Origin: Bacillota bacterium
Lineage (GTDB): Bacteria; Bacillota; Clostridia; Clostridiales; Clostridiaceae
Direction of reading: 5' to 3'
Length of the DNA: 64,000 bases
Assembly: GCA_023451395.1 (NCBI GenBank)
Contig: JAEXZL010000042.1
Location: 1,238 to 65,237 of the forward strand
Position numbers and translations under genes: made by a program. Positions 10,113 through 19,845 of the stretch are shown here, piece after piece; positions within the stretch are counted from its first letter, which is position 1; each line of letters starts with the position of its first letter. Below the pieces are notes generated by a model that was not told where the DNA came from, ran no database searches, and saw only the letters and a list, made by a program, of their open reading frames with translations.

Positions 10113-10187
10113 TGATATAATTATGGAGAATAATTGTGCTTTTTGTAGAATAATATCTGATATTATAGAATCAAGGGGGACTTAGAT

Positions 10188-12203
10188 ATGGTTGAACTAA
10201 ATATTGTCTGGAAAGGATTATCTGTTATTCAAAGAAGAATATTGCTAGTAATTCTTAATCAAGATGCAAGTATTACAGTTGAAGATTTAGCAGAAGAACT
10301 AGATACCTCTAGCAGAACAATACGTACTCAACTAAATTTTATCGAAGAAGCTATCGGTAAAACATCATTGAAGATTCAAAGGAAAAATGGAGTAGGAGTA
10401 AGCCTATTAGTTACTGAGCCTGAAGATTTGAAATTCTTACAGATTCAAAGTACTATTCCACAAAAAGCTTATTTGGATGATCGAAAGATATATCTTGCTC
10501 AAAAATTACTATTAGCACCAAAAAACGCACTATCTGAAACGCTTCTTGGACAGCAGCTATTTGTTAGTAGGTCATCCATAAGCAATGACCTGCAATTGCT
10601 CAGTGAATGGTTTCAAGAGTATGATCTTATATTGGTCAAGAGAAAAAACTTTGGGATTTACATAGAGGGAAGCGAGATTAGCATTAGAAGTGCTTTAGCA
10701 GATCTATATCTTCAGAATCAGCAAAATGAGATTAATACTAGCAAATCAAATAACTATTTACATTCAAATGAGAAAATTCTACAAACTATGTATCCTGGTT
10801 TTGATAGCCATTTTGTGGAGGCTGCAATTGAAAGTTTGGAACAGCAAAACAATATTACCTTACAAGAAAATGCACACCTATCTTTATGGTTTGCTATCTG
10901 TACTGCAATCTACAGAATAAGGACGGGAAATAAATTATCTTTAGATAAAGATGAATTGAATAATTTATTTCTTAATCGTTATTCATTAGACACTAAGGAT
11001 ATGTTTAATTATTTGCAGGAGTCATACAGCTTGAAAGTATCACTTGATGAACGCTTATATTTAATAATGCTAATTGAATCATATGGAATACATCGTGATA
11101 TAGACATATACCCCATTAACATTGATCAAATTAATGATGATAATTTCAAGAGTTTTCTCAATGATGTAGTGCATACTATTGAAATGATACTTGATATTGA
11201 TTTTTCAAATGCCCCCGATTTATATAATCATTTCTCTTATCACCTGGCATGTGCGGTAATGCGGCTTAAGTTTGGACTCAGGATAAAAAATGTATTATTA
11301 CCAGAAATAAAAATCAGTTATCCAAGCGTTATGGGTGCGACCTGGGCATGCAGTGTTCTCTTTGAAAAATATTATAATGTTAAGGTTACAGAAGATGAAA
11401 TCGGTTTCTTGGCTTTGTATGTGGGTACATTTGCTTATCGTATGCATCAGTATGTTAGGGTATGTGTAGTTTGTAATTATGGAGTAGGTGTAACGGGCCT
11501 ATTAAGCGAAAGCCTTAAGAGTGCAATACCTAATCTAATGATAATAGATGAATTGCCATCAGGTCAGTACAAAAAATTAAGAGCTTTAGGTCGTAATAAT
11601 TGGGATATTGTAATCACAACACTTGACTTAAATGAAAAAGAACTTCCAGTAGTAAAGGTATCTACTATACTCACTGCTTATGACCTTAAAAGAATTAAAC
11701 TAAAGATAAGGGAACAGATTTTTAGGGATAGCCCAGATAAGCAAATTATATCACCCATAGAAACACATCTCTTTAAAAAAGAACTAGTATTATTTGATGT
11801 GGATGCAGTGGATAAAAATGAAGCAATTAAGTTTGCTTGTGACAATTTACTAAAGAATGGCTTTGTAACAGAAAGATTTATGGAAAGTGTAATTTCCCGA
11901 GAGCGAAAAGTATCAACGGAGGTAGGAAGGGGAATTGCTATCCCTCACGGTAATCCACAGTTTGTTCGTAATCCTGCTATTTCAGTAATAAGATTTAAAA
12001 GATCAATCTTATGGGGAAATAATCAAAAGGTTAATTTATTGTTTGTTTTGGCATTACGTATGGAGTCTAAAGGAGGAGAAATAATCTCTGCAAAACGCTT
12101 TTATAAAAAACTTGCTTACTTACTTGATAATGATGAGGAATGTAAATTAATAGGAAAAATAAATGATGAGGATGAATTTTGTAAATATTTTAATGTGATG
12201 TAG
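10188..12203 (+). CDS. PRD-containing PTS-controlled regulator (MtlR/ManR/LicR type: HTH-PRD-EIIB-EIIA)
   Basis: N-terminal HTHs, PRD helices (HLACAVMR, EDEIGFLALY), VVCNYGVG EIIB-like, GIAIPHG EIIA. Confidence 0.87.
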   Translation: MVELNIVWKGLSVIQRRILLVILNQDASITVEDLAEELDTSSRTIRTQLNFIEEAIGKTSLKIQRKNGVGVSLLVTEPEDLKFLQIQSTIPQKAYLDDRKIYLAQKLLLAPKNALSETLLGQQLFVSRSSISNDLQLLSEWFQEYDLILVKRKNFGIYIEGSEISIRSALADLYLQNQQNEINTSKSNNYLHSNEKILQTMYPGFDSHFVEAAIESLEQQNNITLQENAHLSLWFAICTAIYRIRTGNKLSLDKDELNNLFLNRYSLDTKDMFNYLQESYSLKVSLDERLYLIMLIESYGIHRDIDIYPINIDQINDDNFKSFLNDVVHTIEMILDIDFSNAPDLYNHFSYHLACAVMRLKFGLRIKNVLLPEIKISYPSVMGATWACSVLFEKYYNVKVTEDEIGFLALYVGTFAYRMHQYVRVCVVCNYGVGVTGLLSESLKSAIPNLMIIDELPSGQYKKLRALGRNNWDIVITTLDLNEKELPVVKVSTILTAYDLKRIKLKIREQIFRDSPDKQIISPIETHLFKKELVLFDVDAVDKNEAIKFACDNLLKNGFVTERFMESVISRERKVSTEVGRGIAIPHGNPQFVRNPAISVIRFKRSILWGNNQKVNLLFVLALRMESKGGEIISAKRFYKKLAYLLDNDEECKLIGKINDEDEFCKYFNVM

Positions 12204-12219
12204 AGATGGAGGGCAGTTA

Positions 12220-12675
12220 ATGGAATTTTCTCAAATTATTAATCGAAATGCAATAGACCTTAAATATAGAGCTAAAGATAAGGATGATGTTCTTAGGCAT
12301 ATGGTTGAAATGCTCTATAAAGATGGCGCCATAACATCTGTTCGGGAGTTTCTTGATGATGTTTATTTACGTGAATCAGAAGGTATTACTGGTATAGGTG
12401 ACAATATAGCTATTCCTCACGGAAAATCTAAGTGTGTTATTAAAAACTGCGTTGCAGTGTGTAAGCTAGTTGAACCTATAGAATGGGAAACCATTGATGA
12501 TCAGCCAGTAAACCTAATAATCTTGTTTGCAGTTACAAAAGAAGGTGCAACTAATACTCATTTAAAAATGATGGCCTGTGTAGCATCTGCACTGGCAAAA
12601 GAAAAGGTTTGCAAAGGCATTAAATCTGCAACAACCCCTGATGATTTGATTGCAGCATTTAGTGTAATAGCATAA
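12220..12675 (+). CDS. PTS fructose/mannitol-family EIIA
   Basis: RE..GITGIGDNIAIPHGK. Confidence 0.9.
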   Translation: MEFSQIINRNAIDLKYRAKDKDDVLRHMVEMLYKDGAITSVREFLDDVYLRESEGITGIGDNIAIPHGKSKCVIKNCVAVCKLVEPIEWETIDDQPVNLIILFAVTKEGATNTHLKMMACVASALAKEKVCKGIKSATTPDDLIAAFSVIA

Positions 12676-12701
12676 ATATTTTAAGTAAAGGAGGTTTTTA
12701 A

Positions 12702-13016
12702 ATGAAAATAGTTGGTATTACAGCCTGTACAGCAGGGATAGCACACACTTATCTAGTAAAAGAGAAGCTAATCGCTGCTGCCCAATCCTTGGGCCATGAA
12801 ATTCATATTGAAACCCAAGGAAGTATTGGTGTTGAGGATAACTTAACTAAGCAGCAAATCGAAGAAGCAGATGTAGTAATCATATCAGCAGATATTGAGG
12901 TGTCTGGGCGAGAGAGATTCAATGGAAAGAAAGTTGTAGATGTACCAATGAAAGTTGCTTTAAACTCACCAAAAGGACTAATAAATAAAATAGAAGAAAA
13001 ATTAAAAGAAAAATAA
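12702..13016 (+). CDS. PTS fructose-family EIIB
   Basis: ITACTAGIAHTY, ETQGSIG. Confidence 0.92.
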   Translation: MKIVGITACTAGIAHTYLVKEKLIAAAQSLGHEIHIETQGSIGVEDNLTKQQIEEADVVIISADIEVSGRERFNGKKVVDVPMKVALNSPKGLINKIEEKLKEK

Positions 13017-13037
13017 AGTAAAGGAGTGAAGTTTATA

Positions 13038-14081
13038 ATGAAAAAGTTTTTAAGTGCATTTAAAAAGCACACCTTGACGGGTATTTCATATATGATTCCA
13101 GTAGTTGTTGCTGGTGGTATCTGTATAGGTATTGCACGTATTTTAGGTGGTACAACCTTTGTTGAAGGCACACTTGCTTTTATTATTAATAAAATAGGTG
13201 GTGCTGTAATTGGATACACAGTCCCTGTTATAGCAGCTGGTATTGCTTATTCAATTGCTGGTCGTCCAGGTATAGCTCCAGGTCTAGCTATTGGATTAAT
13301 AGCTAATAATATTAAATCTGGATTTCTTGGCGGACTCATTGGTGGTTTTATAGTTGGTTATGTTGCTTTGCTTATTAAGCAAAAGGTTAAACTACCTAAG
13401 ACAGTACAGGGGCTGATGCCTGTTCTAGTTATTCCTGTTTTAACTACTTTATCTGTGGGACTTTTATTTTATTATATAATAGGACAACCTCTTGCTGCAT
13501 TCCAAGCTGTGACAACCGCATGGCTAACAAACATGCAGGGAACTTCTGCCGCATTGCTTGGTGCTATTATAGGTGCCTTCCGTGTTGATATGGGTGGACC
13601 GTTAGCACAATCTGCTGCTGCATTTGCCAATGCGTGCTTAGCTGATGGTATTCTTGGTCCAAAGGCCGCTAATATTGTTTCTGGAATGACCCCTCCACTA
13701 GGTGTTGCTCTTGCAGTTTTTCTTGCAAAGAAAAAATTCAACCGTGCTGAATATGAAGCTGCAAAGGCCGCTGTTCCTATGGGATTATGCTATATCACTG
13801 AAGGAGTATTCCCATTCCTAGCAACTGACCCAATACGTATAATTATATCATGCACAGCAGGTTCAGCAGTGTCAGGAGCAATAGTAATGGCACTTGGAGT
13901 AGAGACTCCAGTACCTCATGGAGGAATTTTTGCAGTTCCATTTATGGTAAATCCCGCTGGCTTTATTATTGGATTGGTTGTGGGAACCCTTGTAACTGCC
14001 GGTGTTCTCGTTGCAATTAAGAGAAAGCCAGCAGATGAAGAAGAAAAAGAAAAAGAACTTGATTTTGAAGTGAACTTTTAA
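13038..14081 (+). CDS. PTS fructose-family EIIC
   Basis: TGISYMIPVVVAGG, PGIAPG, DMGGP, ITEG, PHGG; GTG 13026 overlaps the RBS so ATG 13038 is preferred. Confidence 0.9.
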   Translation: MKKFLSAFKKHTLTGISYMIPVVVAGGICIGIARILGGTTFVEGTLAFIINKIGGAVIGYTVPVIAAGIAYSIAGRPGIAPGLAIGLIANNIKSGFLGGLIGGFIVGYVALLIKQKVKLPKTVQGLMPVLVIPVLTTLSVGLLFYYIIGQPLAAFQAVTTAWLTNMQGTSAALLGAIIGAFRVDMGGPLAQSAAAFANACLADGILGPKAANIVSGMTPPLGVALAVFLAKKKFNRAEYEAAKAAVPMGLCYITEGVFPFLATDPIRIIISCTAGSAVSGAIVMALGVETPVPHGGIFAVPFMVNPAGFIIGLVVGTLVTAGVLVAIKRKPADEEEKEKELDFEVNF

Positions 14082-14098
14082 CAATTAATATAATACAT

Positions 14099-14129
14099 AG
14101 ATGAGAGGTTATTAATTAGCCTCTCATCT
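14099..14129 (+). other. Intercistronic stem-loop (weak terminator or mRNA stabiliser)
   Basis: AGATGAGAGG...CCTCTCATCT, no long T tract. Confidence 0.5.
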
Positions 14130-14151
14130 TATAAGAAAGGAAGAAAATATA

Positions 14152-14970
14152 ATGCTAGTACCAATGAAAGATATTCTTGTAAAAGCACAAAAAGAACATT
14201 ACGGAGTAATTGCACCTAATATTCTCAATGAGGACACAGCTAGAGTTGCTGTTGAAGCAGCTACAGAATTGAATGCTCCACTAGTTATTGATATAGGCTA
14301 TCTTGTTCATCCCAACATTAATATGCTTGTTAATATTACCGCTGAGTATGCAAAAGCAGCACCAGTTCCCATTGCAATCAATCTTGATCACGGACGTCAG
14401 TTTGAACATGCAATTGGTGCATTAAGGGCGGGATACACTTCCATAATGGTGGATAGAAGCAGTTTGCCCTTTGAGGAAAATGTAAAGGAAGTTGCGGATA
14501 TAGTAAGAATTGCTCATTCCATTGGTGTAAATGTAGAGGCTGAACTAGGACATGTTGGGGATGGACAGCAGTATGAAAGAGATAGAGATGCGGGGCTTAC
14601 AGATCCAAGGGAAGCGGAGGAGTACATTGAACGTACTGGAATTGATTTTTTAGCAGTTGCTATTGGTACTGCTCATGGTGCTTATAAGGGTGTACCCCAT
14701 CTTGATTTTGATAGGTTGAAGGAGATACGCAGTAAGGTAGACATTCCTTTAGTGCTCCATGGCGGCTCAGGATCTGGAGATGATAATTTATGCCATGCTA
14801 TTCAGTGTGGAATTAGCAAAATCAATCTAGCCACTGATTTATTTGCCGCTGGTCGCCAAAATATAAAGAACGATACTCCAGCACACCATATTTATTATGA
14901 AGTAACTGCTGGCTATAAAGAAAAGCTCAAATATTATATTAAATTGTTTGGAATGGAAAATAAGGCGTAA
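14152..14970 (+). CDS. Class II ketose-bisphosphate aldolase (fructose/tagatose type)
   Basis: LDHG, EAELGHVG, AIGTAHG, LHGGSG, KIN. Confidence 0.9.
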   Translation: MLVPMKDILVKAQKEHYGVIAPNILNEDTARVAVEAATELNAPLVIDIGYLVHPNINMLVNITAEYAKAAPVPIAINLDHGRQFEHAIGALRAGYTSIMVDRSSLPFEENVKEVADIVRIAHSIGVNVEAELGHVGDGQQYERDRDAGLTDPREAEEYIERTGIDFLAVAIGTAHGAYKGVPHLDFDRLKEIRSKVDIPLVLHGGSGSGDDNLCHAIQCGISKINLATDLFAAGRQNIKNDTPAHHIYYEVTAGYKEKLKYYIKLFGMENKA

Positions 14971-15024
14971 AATCTAATTCTCACATAGATTAATATAGTA
15001 AAATTTAAATTCTGGAGGATAAAA

Positions 15025-15900
15025 ATGAAACACATTGGGTTTATTGGGCTTGGTAATATGGGAAAAGGAGTATGTCATTGTCTTATTGAGGCTGGATATC
15101 CAGTTAGTGTCTATGATTTATCAGAGGAAGCTATGAAAAGATTTGCAGAAAAAGCATATCTAGCAACAGACACAGCTGAAGTCTTTACAAAAAGTGATAT
15201 AACTTTCCTTTCTCTACCAAGCTCAGAAATAGTTGAAAAGACTTTTGAAACATTTTTTTCCTGCGGTGTTTTTGGAAAGACAGTTGTAGATTTATCTACC
15301 AGTAACCCCGTTTCAACACGTAATTTATCAAAAAGGATGAAGGCTGAAGGTGGTGTACTTATTGATGCACCACTTAGTGGAAGTCCGGAAACAGCTTGGG
15401 CTGGAGAGATGAATATTGTTATTGCAGGAGATAGTAAGATAATAAAAGATAATGAGGAAATATTTAAGAGCTTTACTAAATCTTATGAGTATGTAGGCGA
15501 AAGTGGAAATGGGCATTTGATTAAGCTGGCTAAAAACTGGGCTAGCTTGATTCAGGCAATAAACTATGCACAGATATATCCAGTAATAAGAAAGCATGGG
15601 ATACCTGAGGATAAGCTATATCATATTTTCGATAATGAAGTATTAGCTAATTGGGTTTTTCATTTCTACAGTAATAAGTATGTAGAAAGAAAATATCCTA
15701 TAGATTTTGCTCTGCAGCTAGGATATAAGGATATTTGTTATATGAGTGAGCTTTGCAAATCAGCAGGCTCAGAAACTTATATGCTAGATGGAGCAATGAA
15801 GCTCTGTGAGGATGCTCTAGAATATGCTAGAGAACGAGAAATTGAACCAGATATGTCTTTTGTATGTGAGCAGGTACACCACTTAGTAGAGGAAAAATGA
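15025..15900 (+). CDS. NAD(P)-dependent beta-hydroxyacid dehydrogenase (3-hydroxyisobutyrate DH / tartronate semialdehyde reductase family)
   Basis: IGFIGLGNMG, DLSTS, DAPLSG, KLAKN, KD motif. Confidence 0.85.
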   Translation: MKHIGFIGLGNMGKGVCHCLIEAGYPVSVYDLSEEAMKRFAEKAYLATDTAEVFTKSDITFLSLPSSEIVEKTFETFFSCGVFGKTVVDLSTSNPVSTRNLSKRMKAEGGVLIDAPLSGSPETAWAGEMNIVIAGDSKIIKDNEEIFKSFTKSYEYVGESGNGHLIKLAKNWASLIQAINYAQIYPVIRKHGIPEDKLYHIFDNEVLANWVFHFYSNKYVERKYPIDFALQLGYKDICYMSELCKSAGSETYMLDGAMKLCEDALEYAREREIEPDMSFVCEQVHHLVEEK

Positions 15901-15974
15901 TGTACTGATTATTCTAGATTAGCAGCATAATGTAAACAGAACGATTATTGATTGTTTTGGGGATTCGTCACATT

Positions 15975-16009
15975 AAAAAAGCGACCTAACCTAAAGGTCG
16001 CTAATTTTT
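15975..16009 (+). terminator. Intrinsic terminator
   Basis: AGCGACCT-N7-AGGTCGCT with flanking A and T tracts. Confidence 0.65.
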
Positions 16010-16121
16010 ATCCTTAAAATTCTATATTTATACTATATTTTAATATAATCCTAAGAAAAATTAGGTAAATTATTATTTGATTAATCATTTAAAAAATTTT
16101 ATTAAGAGGAGGGATCATAAA

Positions 16122-17486
16122 ATGAAAGATAAACCAATTGATTCACAATTGTATATAGATTCAGTGTTAGAAAAAGTAAATGCAAGAAATGGTGAGGAAC
16201 CAGAATTTCTCCAGGCTGTGAGAGAGGTATTGCCGGCATTAAAGCCTGTTTTGGATAAACATCCAGAGTACATAGAGGCTAATCTTCTTGAAAGGTTCTG
16301 TGAGCCAGAAAGACAGATAATATTTAGGGTTCCTTGGACTGATGATGAAGGCAGGCTTCAGGTAAACAGGGGCTTTAGAGTACAGTTTAACGGAGCAATA
16401 GGACCCTATAAGGGAGGACTTCGTTTTCATCCCTCCGTTAACATAGGCATAATAAAGTTTTTAGGCTTTGAGCAGATTTTAAAAAATTCACTTACAGGTC
16501 TTCCAATAGGGGGAGGTAAGGGTGGCTCAGATTTTGACCCAAGAGGCAAATCCAATGGAGAAATAATGAGATTTTGCCAAAGCTTTATGACAGAGCTTTA
16601 CAGACATATTGGACCAGATGTAGATGTACCGGCAGGAGATATAGGTGTTGGTGGAAGAGAAATAGGATATCTATATGGACAGTACAGAAGAATAAGAGGA
16701 GCCTTTGAGAACGGAGTATTAACTGGTAAGGGTATATCCTATGGAGGAAGCCTTATAAGGCCTGAAGCAACAGGATTTGGAATAGTCTATTTTTGCAATG
16801 AGATGTTAAAGCATGAGGGAGACAGCTTTCAAGGAAAGACTGTAGCAATATCAGGTTTTGGCAACGTAGCCTGGGGTGTTTGCAGGAAGGTTGTGGATCT
16901 AGGAGGAAAGGTAGTGACACTATCTGGACCAGATGGATATATATATGACCCAGATGGTGTAACAGGAGAAAAAATAGACTATATGCTGAAAATGAGAACA
17001 TCCACAAGAGATAGAGTACAGGATTATTCAGAAAAGTTTGGAGTTAAATTTTATCCTGGAGAAAAACCATGGGGAATTAAAGTGGACATAATAATACCAA
17101 GTGCAATACAGAATGATATACATTTAGAGCATGCTAAGCAAATAGTTGACAATGGTATTAAGTATGTGTGCGAGGGAGCAAATATGCCTTGCACTAATGA
17201 AGCTGTACGATACATGCAGGAAAATGGAGTGATTGTTGGACCAGCTAAGGCAGCAAATGCCGGAGGAGTAGCTACTTCGGCACTAGAAATGGCACAGAAT
17301 AGTGCTAGAATTGCATGGACTGCAGAGGAAGTAGAAGAGAAACTACACAGAATAATGGTAGACATATACAATAATTCCGTAAAAGCTTCAGCAGAATACG
17401 GCTTTGGATATAATCTTGTTGCTGGAGCTAATATAGCTGGCTTTATTAAGGTAGCTGATGCTATGCATGCTCAAGGGAATTATTAG
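16122..17486 (+). CDS. gdhA: NADP-specific glutamate dehydrogenase
   Basis: GPYKGGLRFHPSV, GGGKGGSDFDP, DVPAGDIGVG, RPEATG, EGANMP; AGGAGG RBS before ATG 16122. Confidence 0.93.
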   Translation: MKDKPIDSQLYIDSVLEKVNARNGEEPEFLQAVREVLPALKPVLDKHPEYIEANLLERFCEPERQIIFRVPWTDDEGRLQVNRGFRVQFNGAIGPYKGGLRFHPSVNIGIIKFLGFEQILKNSLTGLPIGGGKGGSDFDPRGKSNGEIMRFCQSFMTELYRHIGPDVDVPAGDIGVGGREIGYLYGQYRRIRGAFENGVLTGKGISYGGSLIRPEATGFGIVYFCNEMLKHEGDSFQGKTVAISGFGNVAWGVCRKVVDLGGKVVTLSGPDGYIYDPDGVTGEKIDYMLKMRTSTRDRVQDYSEKFGVKFYPGEKPWGIKVDIIIPSAIQNDIHLEHAKQIVDNGIKYVCEGANMPCTNEAVRYMQENGVIVGPAKAANAGGVATSALEMAQNSARIAWTAEEVEEKLHRIMVDIYNNSVKASAEYGFGYNLVAGANIAGFIKVADAMHAQGNY

Positions 17487-17501
17487 AAAGGAGAATATAA
17501 T

Positions 17502-18257
17502 ATGAAGCTATTTGATATAGTAGGGAAAAAAGCAATTGTTACTGGAGCAGCTCAAGGGCTTAGTAGAGGGATGGCAGAGGGGCTCATGGAAGCAGGGGTA
17601 GAGGTAACAATTCTAGACATATCACCTGCTACAGAGTCTGTAGCAGAGGAGTTTGCAAATAAGGGGTATAAATGTCATGGTATTAGAGTAAATATTGGGG
17701 ATAAAGAGGCTCGAGAAAAGGCCTTCGCTAGAGCCGTTGAGATAATGGGAGGCATTGATATCTTAGTAAATGGTGCTGGGGTTCAGCGCCGTCATAAGTG
17801 TGAAGAATTCCCATTAGAGGACTGGAATTTTGTTATAGATATAAACCTTACAGCTGCCTTTGCCCTATGTCAATTAGCTGTACGAGAATTTTTGAAAAAT
17901 GGTGGAGGAAAAATAGTAAATGTTGCATCAATGCTAAGTTTTTTTGGTGGATACACTGTGCCAGCCTATGCAGCTAGTAAGGGAGGAGTGGCTCAGTTTA
18001 CAAAAGCATTTTCCAATGAATTAGCTGGCAAGAATATAAATATTAATGCTATTGCTCCAGGATACATGGATACAGATATGAATACTAAGTTAATAGAGGA
18101 TCCAGTTAGAAATATTGAAATATTAAGCAGAATTCCTGCTGGACGATGGGGTACACCAGAGGATGTAAAGGGTGTAGTAATATTTCTTTCATCACCAGCA
18201 TCAGATTATCTCAATGGTGCAGTAATACCTGTGGATGGCGGATATTTAAATAGATAA
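17502..18257 (+). CDS. SDR oxidoreductase, KduD / gluconate 5-dehydrogenase-like
   Basis: TGAAQGLS, VPAYAASKGG, NAIAPGYM, RIPAGRWG, VDGGY. Confidence 0.85.
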   Translation: MKLFDIVGKKAIVTGAAQGLSRGMAEGLMEAGVEVTILDISPATESVAEEFANKGYKCHGIRVNIGDKEAREKAFARAVEIMGGIDILVNGAGVQRRHKCEEFPLEDWNFVIDINLTAAFALCQLAVREFLKNGGGKIVNVASMLSFFGGYTVPAYAASKGGVAQFTKAFSNELAGKNININAIAPGYMDTDMNTKLIEDPVRNIEILSRIPAGRWGTPEDVKGVVIFLSSPASDYLNGAVIPVDGGYLNR

Positions 18258-18294
18258 TTAGGTCTTGATATAAATTCGGTATAGGAGGTATTTT

Positions 18295-19710
18295 ATGCAG
18301 ATTCTTGTATTGGAGTCAAGTACTTCATCAGCAAAAGCTATGTTATATAATGATATTAAAGGCATAAGCGAAACTATTACAGAACAATATGATCCTCAAT
18401 GTGGTGATATAAGAATACAAGACCCAGAAAGAGTTTTTTTACGCACTATTGAAGCAGGTAAAAAAATAATAGGCAATAAGGATATAGATATGATTGCAAT
18501 TTCAGGTACATGGCATAGTATATTTGCATGTGATAAGGATTTTAAACCTGTCACAAAATCGTATACATGGGCTCATACAGAAGCCTCATATATTGCTCAG
18601 GAATTAAGGAAGGATATTGACTTTACAAAAAGGTTTTATAACACTACCGGATGCATGGTTAATGCTATATATCCTGTATTTAAATTAATGAATTTACAAA
18701 ATCAGGGCTTGAACCTTACAGATTATATTTTCATGGGACAAGGTACCTATAATTATCATCGTCTTACGGGAGAGTTTCTTCTTTCAGAAAGCATGGCATC
18801 AGGCTCAGGGCTTTTGGACATACACACAAAGGAATTATCTCAAGAGGTGTTGGAGCTTCTAGGAATCAGAAAGAAGCAGTTAGGAAGAATCACTAGCTAT
18901 AGGGAGCTTAGACCTCTTTCAAAAGAAGGAGCTAATTTGCTAGGAATTAAAAGTGGAATTCCAGTTATAACAGCACATCCTGATGGAGCTTTAAATCAAA
19001 TTGGGGCAGGTGCACTAAATGATGGTGTTATGACTCTATCTATAGGAACTAGTGCTGCTTTACGAATATCTACCTCTAAGCCTATTATTCCTGTCACCCC
19101 TAGCACCTGGTGCTATCTATCGCCGGTTAGCTGGCTTAGTGGTGCAGCTACCTCGGGAGCATGTAATTGCGTTGATTGGATAAAAAATAAGTTCTTCTCC
19201 TCTAGTACAACCTACAAGGAAATAGAGGAACAAAAAATTGATATGAAAAGTATACCAATATTTCTTCCATTTTTATATGGGGAGCGCTGCCCAGGGTGGA
19301 ATGATGCGAGAAAAGCATCATTTTATGATGTAAATAGTGAGCATTCTAACCTTGAGCTATATTTTAGTACTCTTGAAGGGGTTATCTTTAATCTTTATCA
19401 GTGCTATGAGGTGTTATGTAAAACAGATATAGAGCCAGATAAAATAAAGCTTTCCGGAGGAATACTGAATTCAAAAATATGGACTCAAATGTGCTGTGAT
19501 ATCTTTGGCAGAGAAATGGAATGCTCTAAAGAAAAGCAAATGTCTTTAATGGGTGGAGTTGCACTGGCCTTAGAGCTTGGAGGTGCACTAAAGAACTTAG
19601 ATCAATTTAATGGTAAAGATAGCGTGGTGATTTACCCAAACAGGGAAAGATATAAAGGTTATAAAAAAAGATATGAAAGATACAAGGAAATTTATAATTA
19701 TAATTTGTAA
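18295..19710 (+). CDS. FGGY family sugar kinase (gluconokinase-like)
   Basis: ESSTSSAKA, PDGALNQIGAG, IGTSAALR, PFLYGERCPGW, EGV, LSGG. Confidence 0.82.
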   Translation: MQILVLESSTSSAKAMLYNDIKGISETITEQYDPQCGDIRIQDPERVFLRTIEAGKKIIGNKDIDMIAISGTWHSIFACDKDFKPVTKSYTWAHTEASYIAQELRKDIDFTKRFYNTTGCMVNAIYPVFKLMNLQNQGLNLTDYIFMGQGTYNYHRLTGEFLLSESMASGSGLLDIHTKELSQEVLELLGIRKKQLGRITSYRELRPLSKEGANLLGIKSGIPVITAHPDGALNQIGAGALNDGVMTLSIGTSAALRISTSKPIIPVTPSTWCYLSPVSWLSGAATSGACNCVDWIKNKFFSSSTTYKEIEEQKIDMKSIPIFLPFLYGERCPGWNDARKASFYDVNSEHSNLELYFSTLEGVIFNLYQCYEVLCKTDIEPDKIKLSGGILNSKIWTQMCCDIFGREMECSKEKQMSLMGGVALALELGGALKNLDQFNGKDSVVIYPNRERYKGYKKRYERYKEIYNYNL

Positions 19711-19773
19711 CTTGCCTTGGATTTAGAAATTGGAATAGTTTTTAGGAGCTATTTGAAGTGAATATCTTTTGAT

Positions 19774-19812
19774 ACACCGATATATTTATTTTTAAAATAA
19801 ATATATCGGTGT
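19774..19812. terminator. Bidirectional terminator
   Basis: Perfect 19-bp arms ACACCGATATATTTATTTT between convergent genes. Confidence 0.75.
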
Positions 19813-19845
19813 TTTGCTGGTAGTTAGCATTTTGATAGTTGTTAG

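Noticed and set aside
15980..16002. GCGAC...GTCGC as a second copy of the 4793 operator
   Set aside because: Half-sites are in the opposite order with different spacing, and A/T tracts flank it after a stop codon, so a terminator explains it
16077..16121. Longer N-termini in the ORF track (also 1690, 13026, 27070, 28785, 43107, 49736, 50270, 51603, 55956, 61965)
   Set aside because: Clear Shine-Dalgarno sequences support the downstream starts used
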